This document shows, piece by piece, positions 13,042-23,594 of a DNA stretch of 64,000 nucleotides (position 1 is the stretch's first letter; each line of letters begins with the position of its first letter). The position numbers and the translations under genes are program-made. Below the pieces are notes generated by a model. That model saw only the letters and a program-made list of their open reading frames with translations, was not told the DNA's origin and made no database searches. The DNA is from Abditibacteriaceae bacterium (GTDB lineage Bacteria; Armatimonadota; Abditibacteriia; Abditibacteriales; Abditibacteriaceae). The stretch covers positions 224,001 to 288,000 of the forward strand of contig OZ255721.1 of the NCBI GenBank assembly GCA_965277285.1, in the 5' to 3' direction.

Positions 13042-13127
13042 GCATTCGCCCGCGTATTTTACACGTATTCTCAAGATGCGTTTCAAGTGCGTTTTCGGGC
13101 TTTTATTGTGAGAAGGTGTAATTGTGA

Positions 13128-13213
13128 GAAGGTGTATAGGAATTGTAAAAGAGACTGACAAACTGCTGTTTTTAAACGGTTTCTGTAACTTTTTTGCTTT
13201 CCTATCCATCCTC
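13128..13213. mobile_element. Putative 86-bp MITE with ends resembling the IS5 element TIRs
   Basis: GAAGGTGTATAGGAA (1 mismatch to TIR) and TTCCTATCCATCCTC (2 mismatches). Confidence 0.55.
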
Positions 13214-13248
13214 TGCAGGCAAAGTCTTTTTAGATAGCAGGAACGATT

Positions 13249-13719
13249 ATGCATACAAGAGATATTCCATTGAAACCAATCACGATTCTGATGGCCGATG
13301 ATAGCGACGACGACCGGATGATGACGCGCGAAGCGTTGCAGGAAAGTTTCGTCATCAACGAACTGCGCGAAGTGGAGGATGGCGAGGAGTTGATGGACTA
13401 CCTTCATCGACGTGGCAAATACAGCGATCCTCAAAGCGCGCCGCGCCCCGGCTTGATTTTGCTCGACCTCAATATGCCGCGCAAAAGCGGACAGGAAGCG
13501 TTGCAGGAAATCAAAAATGACGCTGCGCTGCGCAGCATTCCCATTGTGGTTTTGACAACTTCCAACGACGAACACGACATCCTGCGCTCGTACAATCTGG
13601 GCGTCAATTCGTTCATTACCAAGCCGGTGACCTTCGATGGCCTGGTCGAAGTGATGAAGGCTTTCGGAAGATACTGGATTGAAATTGTGGCGATTCCTCA
13701 ATGCGACGAATGTGAATGA
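13249..13719 (+). CDS. Single-domain response regulator (Rcp1-like)
   Basis: ILMADD, LILLDLNMP, VVLTTS, FITKP. Confidence 0.93.
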   Translation: MHTRDIPLKPITILMADDSDDDRMMTREALQESFVINELREVEDGEELMDYLHRRGKYSDPQSAPRPGLILLDLNMPRKSGQEALQEIKNDAALRSIPIVVLTTSNDEHDILRSYNLGVNSFITKPVTFDGLVEVMKAFGRYWIEIVAIPQCDECE

Positions 13720-13806
13720 AACGAATGTCAATACGACGACTGCGAATAATCTGAATGCGCGCTGTAGCAATCGAGTACTCGATAGAGCCTGCGACAGCGT
13801 TGAACG

Positions 13807-13881
13807 GCGGAAGTTGCGAAAGCGGAAGTTGCGAAAGCGGAAGTTGCGAAAGCGGAAGTTGCGAAAGCGGAAGTTGCGAAA
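13807..13881 (+). repeat. Tandem repeat (GCGGAAGTTGCGAAA) x5
   Basis: Five exact 15-bp units ending 1 nt before ATG 13883. Confidence 0.95.
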
Positions 13882-13882
13882 A

Positions 13883-16800
13883 ATGGACAATCTTTTGTAT
13901 CGAGTTTTGCTGGTGGAAGACAACGAGGACGATTATCTCATCGTGCGTGATTTGCTGCGGGACATCACGACGACCGCGTACGATCTCCAGTGGGTGCCGA
14001 CTTACGAAGCGGCTCGCCAAGTGTTGACCTGCGACCAGTATGATGTTTGTCTTCTCGATTATCGCCTGGGCGCGGCCACCGGCGTGGATCTCGTGCGCGA
14101 GTTTGCCTCGGGCACGGCGCCTTTCATTTTGCTGACGGGGAACGAGGATTACGAAGTCGATGTCGAGGCGGCCAAAGCGGGCGCTGCCGATTATTTGCTG
14201 AAGGGCCATATCAACGCGCTGCTTTTGGAGCGCGCCATTCGCTACGCCATCGAGCGCAAGCGTGCCGAACAAAAAGTGCTGGCTACCGAAGTTCGCTATC
14301 GTCGGCTTTTTGAATCGGCGCACGACGGCATTTTGATTCTCGATGCCGCGACTTGCAAAATCACCGATGTCAATCCTTATTTGATGGAATTGCTGGAATA
14401 TTCGCGCGAGGAGTTGCTGGGCAAGGAGTTGTGGGAAATCGGCTTGCTCGAAGATGCGCAAGCCAGCAACGCGGCGTTTCGAGTACTCGAAGAGCGCGGC
14501 TATATGCGCTACGACGATTTGCCGCTGGAAACCAAAGCGGGCGAGCGCCGCGAAGTCGAGTTCGTGAGCAATGTTTACGGCGAAAATGGTCATCGCGTGA
14601 TTCAATGCAATATCCGCGACATTACCGAGCGCAATCGGGCGAAGCGCGTCGAACACGAATCGCAGCGTTTTTTGCAGGCGACGCTGGATGCGCTCTCGTC
14701 GCACATCGCCGTACTCGATGAGACTGGAGAAATCGTCGCCGTCAACAAAGCGTGGCAACAGTTTGCTCAAGAAAACGGTGGTAGCGCCCGTCGTTGTGAA
14801 GTTGGGGCGAATTACATTGAGGTTTGCGAAAGAGTGGTGGGCGAGCGCATTGACGAAGGCCTCAAGGTGGCCTGTGGCATTCGAGAAGTGATGGCGGGGC
14901 AACACGAGGCGTTTTGCCTGGAATATCCGTGTCACAGCCCGGGTGAAAAATGCTGGTTCAATGTTTGCGTGACGCGCTTTGTCGGCGAAGGGCCGGTGCG
15001 CGTCGTTGTCGCGCATGAGAATATTACCGCCAGCAAACTGGCCGAGATCAAGTTGTTGCGCAGCGAGGCGCGCTTTCGCACGGCGATTACCGAAGCGCCG
15101 CTTCCGCTTATTATCCACCGCGAGGACGGCCAAGTCCTGCAAATCAGCAAGGGCTGGACGCAATATTCCGGCTATACAATCGAGGATATTCCGACCATCC
15201 ACGACTGGGTCGAGCGCGCCTACGGCAAAAGCAGCGTCCAGGCTCAGGAATATATCGACGAGTTGTATCAAATCACAGAGCCTCGAGACGAAGGCGAATG
15301 GACGGTCAATGCCAAAAACGGCAAGCCGCGCATCTGGGATTTTCGCTCGACGCCGCTTGGAACTTTCGGCGACCACAATCATGTCGTGATCAGCGCCGCG
15401 ATTGATGTGACCGAGCGCAAACAAGCCGAAGAAAAATTGCGCGCCAGCCAGGCGAACCTTGCCATGGCGCAGCAGGTCGCTCACATGGGAAGCTGGGAAA
15501 TCGATGTCGCGGACTTGGATGACATGAGTAAAAACGCGCTTCACTGGTCGGATGAAGTGTTTCGCATTTTCGGTTACCAACCCGGACAAATCGAAGTTTC
15601 TATCGAAAATTTTCTCTGCGCCGTGCATCCTGACGACCGCGAACTTATTGCGTCGGCTATGTCACAAGCCTTGCATGAAAACAAACTCTACAGCCTCGAC
15701 CATCGAATTATTCTACCGGATGGCGAACACCGCGTCGTTCACGAGCAAGCAAAAATCGTTTTTGACGAACAAACCGGCACGCCCCTGAAAGTGGTGGGTG
15801 CAGTTCAAGATATCACCGAGCAAAAGCAGGCCGAAACGCGGTTGCGCGAGCGCGAGGAATTTCAACGCGTGCTGCTGGGAAACTTACCCAACGGTTCCAT
15901 CAGCGTCTTTGACCGCGATTTGCGCTACATCCTGGCCGCTGGTCGTAACTGGGAAATGCTCGGCATTGCGCCCGAGCAAGTTATTGGGAAGACACCCGAA
16001 GAAACCTTTATATCTGATCAGGCGAGCCGCGCGATGTCGTATTATCGTCGAGTACTCGATGGCGAGAGCGTGGAGTTTGAACTGATTCATGGCGGACGGT
16101 TTTACAACATCAGCGCGACGCCGATCTATGACCAGGAAGATAATGTCGTCAACGTTCTCGCGGTATCGCAAAATATTACCGAGCGTAAGCAAGCCGAAGT
16201 CGCTCTGGTGCAGGCCGAAGAACGTTATCGCAGCATTTTCGAGAACGCGGTTCAAGGTATCTTTCAAAGCGATGCGCAAGGTCATTATCTCAGCGCCAAC
16301 TTTGCTCTGGCCAAGATGTACGGTTACGATTCGCCCGACACATTAATGAACGAATTAACCGACATTTCCCAGCACCTTTATGTCGAACCAGAACGACGCG
16401 AAGAGTTCACGCGGCTTATGGCGCGCCACGACCGCGTTTCCAAATTCGAGTCACCTGTGCGATGCACAGATGGGACTGTCATCTGGATTTCGGAAGAAGC
16501 ACGCACCGTGCGCGATGAATGTGGCGAATTGATGTATTACGAAGGCACGGTGGAGGACATCACCGTGCGCAAGCAGGCCGAGAACGCGCTGCGTTATAGC
16601 GAAGAAAAATATCGTTCACTTGCCTTGGCGACGAGCCAAATTGTATGGTCTACGCCCGCTGATGGGATGGTGGAAGATATGCCGGCTTGGCGTGCTTATA
16701 CTGGTCAGAGTGTGGAGGAAGTGCGAGGCTGGGGTTGGACAACGGCGTTGCATCCTGATGACTTGGAAGCGACATGCAATACTTGGTTGCATTGTGTCGC

Positions 16801-19003
16801 AGCCAAGTGCCACTATGAAACCGAGTACCGCATTCGAGCCGCAAACGGCCGATACCGCCTCTTTGCAGTGCGCGGAGTGCCGGTTTTGAGAAGCGACGGC
16901 AGCATTCGGGAATGGGTTGGCACGTGCGCCGATATTCAGGATCGCAGAGTGGCCGAAGAAGAACGCGACCGTTTCTTCACGCTTTCGCTCGATATGCTGG
17001 CCATTATCAGCAGCGATGGCTACATAAAACGGCTTAATCCGGCTTTTGGAGCAACGCTTGGCTTTTCAAATGAGGAAATGATGACCGTGCCGTTCTTGGA
17101 TTTCGTGCATCCTGATGACCATGCGGCGACCCTGGCGGAACAAAAGAAATTGGAAGCTGGCGCCAAGGTCATGTTGTTCGAGAACCGCTATCGCTGCCGA
17201 GACGGTTCTTACAAGTGGCTGCGCTGGACGTGCGCGCCATCGGGCGATTTGTGGTATTGCGTGGCCCACGACATTACGAGCATCAAGAAGTCTGCCGCAG
17301 CTTTGCACAAAGCTAACGACGAACTGGAAGCGCACGTTATGGAGCGCACTGCCGAATTGGGAGCCGCCAATGACATGCTGCACGCGGAACTTACGGAGCG
17401 CCGTCGCACCGAAGAAGCCTTGCGCGAAGCTCAGCAAATGTTGGAGTTGGTGATGAACCAGATCCCGCAAGCCATCTTCTGGAAAGATCGCCACTGCCTA
17501 TTTCTGGGGTGCAATTATCGCCTGGCGGCGGATGCGGGCTTTAATTCGCCCGAAGAAGTCAAGGGTAAAAGCGACTTCGATCTGCCTTGGGCCGAATATG
17601 CGGCAGATTATCAAGCCGATGACCAATTGGTCATGGAAACTAATACTCCCAAGTTCAATATCGAAGAGCATTCCTACCAGGCTAACGGTAAGGTCGTGTG
17701 GCTGCGCACCAACAAGATTCCACTCCATGACAGCGAAAACCAGGTGGTCGGTGTTTTGTGCAGTTACGAAGACATAACAGAGCAAAAACGCGCTGTGGCC
17801 GCAATTCAGGAAGCGCGACGCGAAGCCGATGCCGCCAACCTCGCTAAAAGCGAGTTTCTTTCGCGCATGAGCCATGAGCTGCGCACGCCACTTAACGCCA
17901 TTCTGGGCTTTGGTCAAATTCTCAATAAGGAAGCTTTGACGCCTTTGGCCAAAGAAAGTGTTGATTACATAATCCGCGGCGGGCGTCATTTGCTGGGCTT
18001 GGTCAACGAGATTTTAGACATCGCCAGCGTTGAAGCGGGCCGCCTCGAGCTTTCCCTCGAAGTCATTGCGCTCAATGATGTTGTGCCCGAAGCCTGCGCC
18101 CTGGTGCGACCACTCGCAGCAGAGCGCAACATCCTCATCAATGAAAGCAGTGGCGCGTGGCACGGCAATTACATTCTGGCTGATCGACAGCGGCTCAAGC
18201 AAGTTCTCATCAACCTGATCTCCAACGCCATCAAATATAATCGTGAGGACGGAGAAGTCGAAATTTCTTGCGACCAAAAGCCGGATGGCTGTATTTCCGT
18301 GGCCGTTCGTGATACCGGTCTGGGCATCGCACCCCATGACCTTTCAAAGCTCTTCACGCCCTTCGAGCGATTGAATGCCGCGACAGCACAAATCGAAGGC
18401 ACCGGATTGGGACTGGTGTTATCGCAACGCATGATAACGGCTATGGGCGGTGTGCTGAGGGTCGAGAGTGTTGTGGGTCAGGGCACGACGTTCATCTTTG
18501 AGTTGCCACAAGCCGACCCGCCGGAAGAACAGCTGGCCAGTCTGTCGAAAGTTGCTCCCGATGCCGGTGCCAACTGGTCAGCCGAACACACGTATTCCGT
18601 TCTCTGCATCGAAGACAATCCGTCCAACCTGCGCTTGATGGAAGCCATTTTTCAAGATCGTCCAGAAATTACCCTGTTATCTGCAATTCAAGGCAGCATA
18701 GGCTTGGAAATGGCGCGCCAGCATGAACCCGATCTGATTCTTCTCGACTTGAACTTGCCCGACATTCACGGCAAAGACGTTTTGACGCGCTTGCAACAAT
18801 CGGCGATTACCAGGGATATCCCGGTCGTGATCGTCAGTGCCGATGCGACTTCGGGTCAGGTCGAGCGATTGTTGAGCGCGGGCGCCAAAGATTATTTGAC
18901 AAAGCCGCTCAACGTCAATCAGTTCCTCCTTACCGTGGATAAATTACTGCGCACCACACCGGAACCTGATACAGAATCGAGTACTGGAAATGCGGCTGGA
19001 TAA
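13883..19003 (+). CDS. Hybrid histidine kinase: REC, many PAS/PAC, HisKA, HATPase, REC
   Basis: VLLVEDNEDD at N-terminus, repeated DITERK motifs, FLSRMSHELRTPLN, C-terminal REC; start chosen at 13883. Confidence 0.92.
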   Translation: MDNLLYRVLLVEDNEDDYLIVRDLLRDITTTAYDLQWVPTYEAARQVLTCDQYDVCLLDYRLGAATGVDLVREFASGTAPFILLTGNEDYEVDVEAAKAGAADYLLKGHINALLLERAIRYAIERKRAEQKVLATEVRYRRLFESAHDGILILDAATCKITDVNPYLMELLEYSREELLGKELWEIGLLEDAQASNAAFRVLEERGYMRYDDLPLETKAGERREVEFVSNVYGENGHRVIQCNIRDITERNRAKRVEHESQRFLQATLDALSSHIAVLDETGEIVAVNKAWQQFAQENGGSARRCEVGANYIEVCERVVGERIDEGLKVACGIREVMAGQHEAFCLEYPCHSPGEKCWFNVCVTRFVGEGPVRVVVAHENITASKLAEIKLLRSEARFRTAITEAPLPLIIHREDGQVLQISKGWTQYSGYTIEDIPTIHDWVERAYGKSSVQAQEYIDELYQITEPRDEGEWTVNAKNGKPRIWDFRSTPLGTFGDHNHVVISAAIDVTERKQAEEKLRASQANLAMAQQVAHMGSWEIDVADLDDMSKNALHWSDEVFRIFGYQPGQIEVSIENFLCAVHPDDRELIASAMSQALHENKLYSLDHRIILPDGEHRVVHEQAKIVFDEQTGTPLKVVGAVQDITEQKQAETRLREREEFQRVLLGNLPNGSISVFDRDLRYILAAGRNWEMLGIAPEQVIGKTPEETFISDQASRAMSYYRRVLDGESVEFELIHGGRFYNISATPIYDQEDNVVNVLAVSQNITERKQAEVALVQAEERYRSIFENAVQGIFQSDAQGHYLSANFALAKMYGYDSPDTLMNELTDISQHLYVEPERREEFTRLMARHDRVSKFESPVRCTDGTVIWISEEARTVRDECGELMYYEGTVEDITVRKQAENALRYSEEKYRSLALATSQIVWSTPADGMVEDMPAWRAYTGQSVEEVRGWGWTTALHPDDLEATCNTWLHCVAAKCHYETEYRIRAANGRYRLFAVRGVPVLRSDGSIREWVGTCADIQDRRVAEEERDRFFTLSLDMLAIISSDGYIKRLNPAFGATLGFSNEEMMTVPFLDFVHPDDHAATLAEQKKLEAGAKVMLFENRYRCRDGSYKWLRWTCAPSGDLWYCVAHDITSIKKSAAALHKANDELEAHVMERTAELGAANDMLHAELTERRRTEEALREAQQMLELVMNQIPQAIFWKDRHCLFLGCNYRLAADAGFNSPEEVKGKSDFDLPWAEYAADYQADDQLVMETNTPKFNIEEHSYQANGKVVWLRTNKIPLHDSENQVVGVLCSYEDITEQKRAVAAIQEARREADAANLAKSEFLSRMSHELRTPLNAILGFGQILNKEALTPLAKESVDYIIRGGRHLLGLVNEILDIASVEAGRLELSLEVIALNDVVPEACALVRPLAAERNILINESSGAWHGNYILADRQRLKQVLINLISNAIKYNREDGEVEISCDQKPDGCISVAVRDTGLGIAPHDLSKLFTPFERLNAATAQIEGTGLGLVLSQRMITAMGGVLRVESVVGQGTTFIFELPQADPPEEQLASLSKVAPDAGANWSAEHTYSVLCIEDNPSNLRLMEAIFQDRPEITLLSAIQGSIGLEMARQHEPDLILLDLNLPDIHGKDVLTRLQQSAITRDIPVVIVSADATSGQVERLLSAGAKDYLTKPLNVNQFLLTVDKLLRTTPEPDTESSTGNAAG

Positions 19004-19027
19004 TGCCAGAAAGTGTTTTTAAGCACG

Positions 19028-19063
19028 AAAAAGCCAGTTCTTATTGAAAAGAACTGGCTTTTT
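19028..19063. terminator. Bidirectional terminator
   Basis: AAAAAGCCAGTTCTT..AAGAACTGGCTTTTT. Confidence 0.85.
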
Positions 19064-19077
19064 ACAATTGAAAGTTT

Positions 19078-19152
19078 TGGCTGCCCGAGCAAGATTCGAA
19101 CTTGCGACCAATCGATTAACAGTCGACCGCTCTACCACTGAGCTATCGGGCA
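19078..19152 (-). tRNA. tRNA-Asn (GTT)
   Basis: Reverse complement TGCCCGATAGCTCAGTGGTAGAGCGGTCGACTGTTAATCGATTGGTCGCAAGTTCGAATCTTGCTCGGGCAGCCA folds as a cloverleaf with encoded CCA. Confidence 0.96.
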
Positions 19153-19515
19153 AAATTGTGATGCGACAACGTGCGTTACAACGCTGTATTTATGAAACGC
19201 CAAAAACGAAACGCTCCGCACATTTTAGCAAGGTGCCAGAGACGGCGCAAGACCTCACGCTACTCTCAGTCAATTCTCTGCGACTTTTGTTTTGGATTTA
19301 TTCCTGGCAGGTGCGCAAAGTCTTGTTATCCTTTGCTTGGCAGGCACTTACAAGAAACTTGCGTTGAAACTTTTCTTAAAACCTCTGGCAAAAGTCGGAG
19401 TTTGCGTCATTTTTCGGCTACGCTCGGAATGGCACATTGAAAGTTAGCGCCTTCGATCCCACTTTCCAACTTATGCCAGAAGTCCTTATTTGTTTGGGTA
19501 CCGAAGAAAACACGT

Positions 19516-19648
19516 TAGTGGTTCAATAAGTGAGTTTGTTAACGAACCCGAAGCGTAAGCGCGGGAGCTAACTTCTATCCCGCGCTTATGCTTCCTATCC
19601 CTCGCTTACGCTTCGGGTTCGTTAACAAACTCACTTATTGAACCACTA
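19516..19648. repeat. REP family B doublet inside a 46-bp perfect inverted repeat
   Basis: TAGTGGTTCAATAAGTGAGTTTGTTAACGAACCCGAAGCGTAAGCG and its exact reverse complement at 19603-19648. Confidence 0.85.
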
Positions 19649-19681
19649 CTAAAAACGCTTATCGAGTACTCGAATTGCTGT

Positions 19682-20083
19682 ATGACAAAGATTTCCATGA
19701 AACAATCCGCGACTTTGATTTACGACGGTGAATGTCGTTTTTGTGTGAACAGTGAAAAACTTCTGCGCCGCTTTGTCGGATGGAAACTGCGCACGCTGGC
19801 CTCGCAACAACCCGGCGCGCTTGAAAGTCATGCCGGATTAACGCAGGAGAAAGTCCAGACGCGTTTATACCTGGTTGAAGGCGACGCATTATACGGCGGC
19901 ATGGAAGCCGTTGTGCAAACTTTGGCGCTGCGCCCCATCGGAAAAATCGCCCTGATTTATTATTGTCCGGGGCTGCGACCCGTTCTCGACGCGATCTACG
20001 ATTGGATTGCGCGCCATCGTTACCAAATTTTTGGGCGCGTTGTCGGCGGCTGCAACGGCACTTGCAAATTGCCAGAAAGATGA
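19682..20083 (+). CDS. DCC1-like thiol-disulfide oxidoreductase (DUF393)
   Basis: IYDGECRFC, YDWIARHRY. Confidence 0.88.
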   Translation: MTKISMKQSATLIYDGECRFCVNSEKLLRRFVGWKLRTLASQQPGALESHAGLTQEKVQTRLYLVEGDALYGGMEAVVQTLALRPIGKIALIYYCPGLRPVLDAIYDWIARHRYQIFGRVVGGCNGTCKLPER

Positions 20084-20173
20084 GTCGCTAAAGTCCTTAT
20101 TGTTGCCGATTGCGAAAACTGCTCCAGTCTTATAAAGTCAATATCATCCCTGCATCAAAGGCAAATAAAATCT

Positions 20174-22837
20174 ATGAAACGACTTGAAGCAACGACACTT
20201 CGCTCCGCAGTGCGCGTTTTCGTGCTCGGTTGCGCTTTGGCGCCGCTTGTAGCACCAAGGCTCGCGCAAGCGCAAGACACGCAGATGATGAACGGCGCTT
20301 TGCCGCCGCTTCGTCCACCTTCAGTGCCGCTGGTCGCACACGATCCTTACTTTTCGGTTTGGTCGAACTCCAACAAGCTTTACAGCAGCGACACGCGCCA
20401 TTGGACGGGCCGCGAACAACGCCTCAACGCCATGGTGCGCGTCGATGGCCAGACTTTTCGCTTGATGGGCAGCGAACCCGAAGAGTCCGCTTCGTTGCCT
20501 CAAACCGGCGTTTTGGTGTTGCCGACGCGCACTATCTACACCTTCGCCAACGACAAGGTTCAAGTGCAATTGGTTTTCCTGACGCCCGCGCTTCCCAGCG
20601 ACCTTGATGTACTGTCGCGGCCCCTGACCTACATTTCGTATTCGGTGCGTTCGCTCGATGGCCAGACGCACGACGTTCAATTCTATGCGGACGCGGGCGC
20701 CGACCTCACTGTCAACGACGCGAACGCGCAGCAAGTGACCTGGAACCGCGCTTCGACGGGCAACCTGACGGCGCTGCGCTTGGGTTCGGTCGATCAGCCG
20801 GTCTTGGCCAAACGTGGCGACGATTTGCGCATTGATTGGGGTTATCTTTATGTCGCCGCGCCCAACGGCCAAGGCTTGCAAAGCGTTTTGACTTCGCGCG
20901 CCAACGCGCAAATGGTGTGGGGACGAACCGGTAATCTCCCGACTTCCGACGACGCGCCCATGCCACGGGCCGCCAACGACCGTTCGCCGGTTGCGGCTCT
21001 GGCGTTTAATGTGGGCAATGTCGGTGCGCAGACAGTTTCGCGTACCATGATGCTCGCCTACGATGACGAGTACTCAATTAACTGGATGGGTCGCAGACTG
21101 CGCCCTTATTGGCGTCGCAACGGCATGGACGCCGCGGGTTTGCTCACTACCGCAGCGCGCGATTATGTGCAATTGAATAAGCGTTCGAGCGCGTTTGATA
21201 CCGAATTAATGGATGATTTGCGCACGGTCGGCGGCGAGAAATACGCGCGTTTGTCAGCTCTCGCTTATCGTCAGTCGTTCGCAGCGCAGAAGATCGTGGC
21301 TGACGCGAATGGCGCGCCGATGTCGTTTGCCAAAGAAAACTTTTCCAATGGCTCCATCGGAACGGTCGACGTGTTTTATCCCGCCTCGCCGCAAATGATG
21401 CTGCTTTCGCCGACTTTGCTCAAGGCGACGATGGAGCCGATCTTGCTTTATTCGGCTGGCCCGCGTTGGCCGTTCCCGTTCGCGCCTCACGATGTTGGCG
21501 TTTATCCGCAGGCGACGGGAATGCTTTACGGCGGCGGCGAAAATATCCCCGCCGATGGCGATGTGAGCGGCAAACAACCAGTCGAAGAATCCGGCAATAT
21601 GCTGATTATGCTGGGCGCTCTCGCCAAAATCGAGGGCAACACCAAGTTTTCTGACCCTTATTGGCCGACTCTCACCAAGTGGGCGAATTTCTTGATCAGC
21701 AAAGGTTACGATCTGGACAACCAGCTTTCGACCGACGACTTTGCGGGACACGCGCCGCACAACGTCAACTTGTCGGGCAAAGCCATTGAAGCACTGGGCG
21801 CCTATGCGCAGATGGCGCAGATGCGCGGCGATAACGCTGAAGCCATGCGCGTGCGCACCATTGCCGAAAGCGAGGCACGACAGTGGGTGGCCGCTGCCCG
21901 AGACGGCGATCATTACAAGCTGGCCTTTGATCAATCGGGCACCTGGAGCCAGAAATATAATCTCGTCTGGGATCGTATTCTCGGCCTCAACCTGTTCCCT
22001 TCCGGCGTCGCCACGACGGAGATGGCGTATTATCGAACCAAGATGAACCGCTACGGCTTGCCACTCGATTCGCGCGCGACCTACACCAAGCTTGATTGGA
22101 CACTGTGGAGCGCGGCTTTGACCGGCCAAAGAGCCGATGTCGTTGCACTGGCCGGTCCGGTGTACGACTTCTTGAACGACACGCCCTCGCGCGTACCGAT
22201 GAATGACTGGTATCGCACGATTGAAGGCACGCAGGTAGGTTTCCAGGCGCGTTCGGTGGTCGGTGGCGTGTTTATTCCGGTCTTGAACAATCGGCAAATC
22301 TGGAGCAAATGGGCCGGGCGCGATTTGGCTGCTTCCAAAAACGTTAATCTCAACTGGGCGCCGCTGCCGCCGCCACGACAGATCACGACCGTTCTGCCGA
22401 CTTCAGCCAAAGGCGGCGTGATGTGGAGCTATACGACTTCACAGCCAACCGGTGATTGGTTTGCGACTGATTACAACACTGGCGCCTGGAAGACCGGCGA
22501 GGGTGGTTTCGGTTCGGAAGGCCCACCGGATGCCGTCATTCGCACGGCGTGGAACACGTCTGATATTTGGGCGCGCCGCGAGTTCACGTTAACGGCAGAC
22601 CAACTCGCCAACCGCGACCAACTCCAATTGCTGCTCTACCATGACGAAGACGCTGAGGTCTATATCAACGGCGTGGCGGCGGTCAATATTCCCGGTTATA
22701 ACAGTGCCTATGAACCGTTTGAAATGACCAAAGCGGCTTTGGCTGCACTCAAGCCGGGTCGCAACGTCTTCGCTGTTCACGTCCACCAAACTACGGGCGG
22801 GCAATTCATCGACATGGGCCTGGCGACGGTCAAGTAA
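20174..22837 (+). CDS. Secreted glutaminase A-like/DUF4965-type (alpha/alpha)6 hydrolase with C-terminal sugar-binding domain
   Basis: Signal peptide, LRPPSVPLVAHDPYFSVW, KENFSNG, TVDVFYP, EESGNM, SQKYNLVWD. Confidence 0.8.
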   Translation: MKRLEATTLRSAVRVFVLGCALAPLVAPRLAQAQDTQMMNGALPPLRPPSVPLVAHDPYFSVWSNSNKLYSSDTRHWTGREQRLNAMVRVDGQTFRLMGSEPEESASLPQTGVLVLPTRTIYTFANDKVQVQLVFLTPALPSDLDVLSRPLTYISYSVRSLDGQTHDVQFYADAGADLTVNDANAQQVTWNRASTGNLTALRLGSVDQPVLAKRGDDLRIDWGYLYVAAPNGQGLQSVLTSRANAQMVWGRTGNLPTSDDAPMPRAANDRSPVAALAFNVGNVGAQTVSRTMMLAYDDEYSINWMGRRLRPYWRRNGMDAAGLLTTAARDYVQLNKRSSAFDTELMDDLRTVGGEKYARLSALAYRQSFAAQKIVADANGAPMSFAKENFSNGSIGTVDVFYPASPQMMLLSPTLLKATMEPILLYSAGPRWPFPFAPHDVGVYPQATGMLYGGGENIPADGDVSGKQPVEESGNMLIMLGALAKIEGNTKFSDPYWPTLTKWANFLISKGYDLDNQLSTDDFAGHAPHNVNLSGKAIEALGAYAQMAQMRGDNAEAMRVRTIAESEARQWVAAARDGDHYKLAFDQSGTWSQKYNLVWDRILGLNLFPSGVATTEMAYYRTKMNRYGLPLDSRATYTKLDWTLWSAALTGQRADVVALAGPVYDFLNDTPSRVPMNDWYRTIEGTQVGFQARSVVGGVFIPVLNNRQIWSKWAGRDLAASKNVNLNWAPLPPPRQITTVLPTSAKGGVMWSYTTSQPTGDWFATDYNTGAWKTGEGGFGSEGPPDAVIRTAWNTSDIWARREFTLTADQLANRDQLQLLLYHDEDAEVYINGVAAVNIPGYNSAYEPFEMTKAALAALKPGRNVFAVHVHQTTGGQFIDMGLATVK

Positions 22838-22861
22838 GCAATTAGTTGAAAGCAATGACAA

Positions 22862-22903
22862 AACCAAAAGGGCGCTTTCCATATAGAAAGCGCCCTTTTG
22901 GTT
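22862..22903. terminator. Bidirectional terminator
   Basis: AACCAAAAGGGCGCTTTC-6nt-GAAAGCGCCCTTTTGGTT. Confidence 0.85.
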
Positions 22904-23017
22904 CAAGTGTGGATGTAATTTGGAAGAACGTCGTTGATTTTGGATGCTTGCTCAGGGCCTGATTTACAGCCTGAGTCGCCATGGCAACTTCGATTTAATC
23001 GACCTTGTTTCTTTGGT

Positions 23018-23572
23018 TTACTTATTGGTCGTTGCGCTTGAAGTTGGTGTTGAAGAACTTGACGCTGGTGCAGGTGGAGCAGTACTCAGAGAAACGACTG
23101 CGGCCAGATCGGTCGCATAGTTTTTGAGAGGTCGGCGCGCTGGGCCTTTGAGCACGCTGCCATCAAGAGCGAACCGCGAATCGTGGCACGGACAAACAAA
23201 TTCTTTATCGGCGTGATCATAAACGACTTTGCAGCCGCGATGCGGACAAATCGCCGAACACGCCACGAAACTGCTGGTATCGGTGTGCGCCACAATCAAA
23301 GTATCGGAGCCATCAGGAACCGGAACGATTTCAAAGCCGCCGACTTTCGACAACGCCGCGTGCTGCTTCAGCGAAAGCTGCAAAGTTTGTGGCACAACTG
23401 CCGTTTTTGTTGTGGTGACCGTTGTCGTGCTATTGGACGTGGTTTCAGCGGCGTGCGCCACGCCCAAAACCGACAAACTGAGCAAAGCGCCAGTTGCCGC
23501 CGCGCCTTGCTTGAGGAAATCGCGGCGCGCGTTGGCGCCTTCGTCTTTTTGTACTTCGTCTTGTTCGTTCAT
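23018..23572 (-). CDS. Tat-exported Rieske [2Fe-2S] protein
   Basis: RRDFLK Tat motif, CPHRGC and CPCHDSRF; AGGAG SD. Confidence 0.88.
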   Translation of the reverse strand: MNEQDEVQKDEGANARRDFLKQGAAATGALLSLSVLGVAHAAETTSNSTTTVTTTKTAVVPQTLQLSLKQHAALSKVGGFEIVPVPDGSDTLIVAHTDTSSFVACSAICPHRGCKVVYDHADKEFVCPCHDSRFALDGSVLKGPARRPLKNYATDLAAVVSLSTAPPAPASSSSTPTSSATTNK

Positions 23573-23594
23573 CAAGTTTCTCCTGTCCCCAAAT

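Noticed and set aside
13807..13881. CRISPR array
   Set aside because: Contiguous 15-bp units without spacers; no cas genes; no repeat-spacer array seen anywhere in the window.
13616..15628. Long antisense ORFs (also 7-1002, 11599-12975, 21254-22297, 52287-53576)
   Set aside because: Shadows of well-supported genes on the opposite strand, with no recognisable motifs.
11248..19003. Two-component cluster as a novel system
   Set aside because: A kinase plus Rcp1-like regulator plus REC-PAS hybrid kinase is a common arrangement.
7815..19152. Genomic island integrated at tRNA-Asn
   Set aside because: No integrase, no duplicated tRNA 3' end seen, and the region carries the host palindrome.
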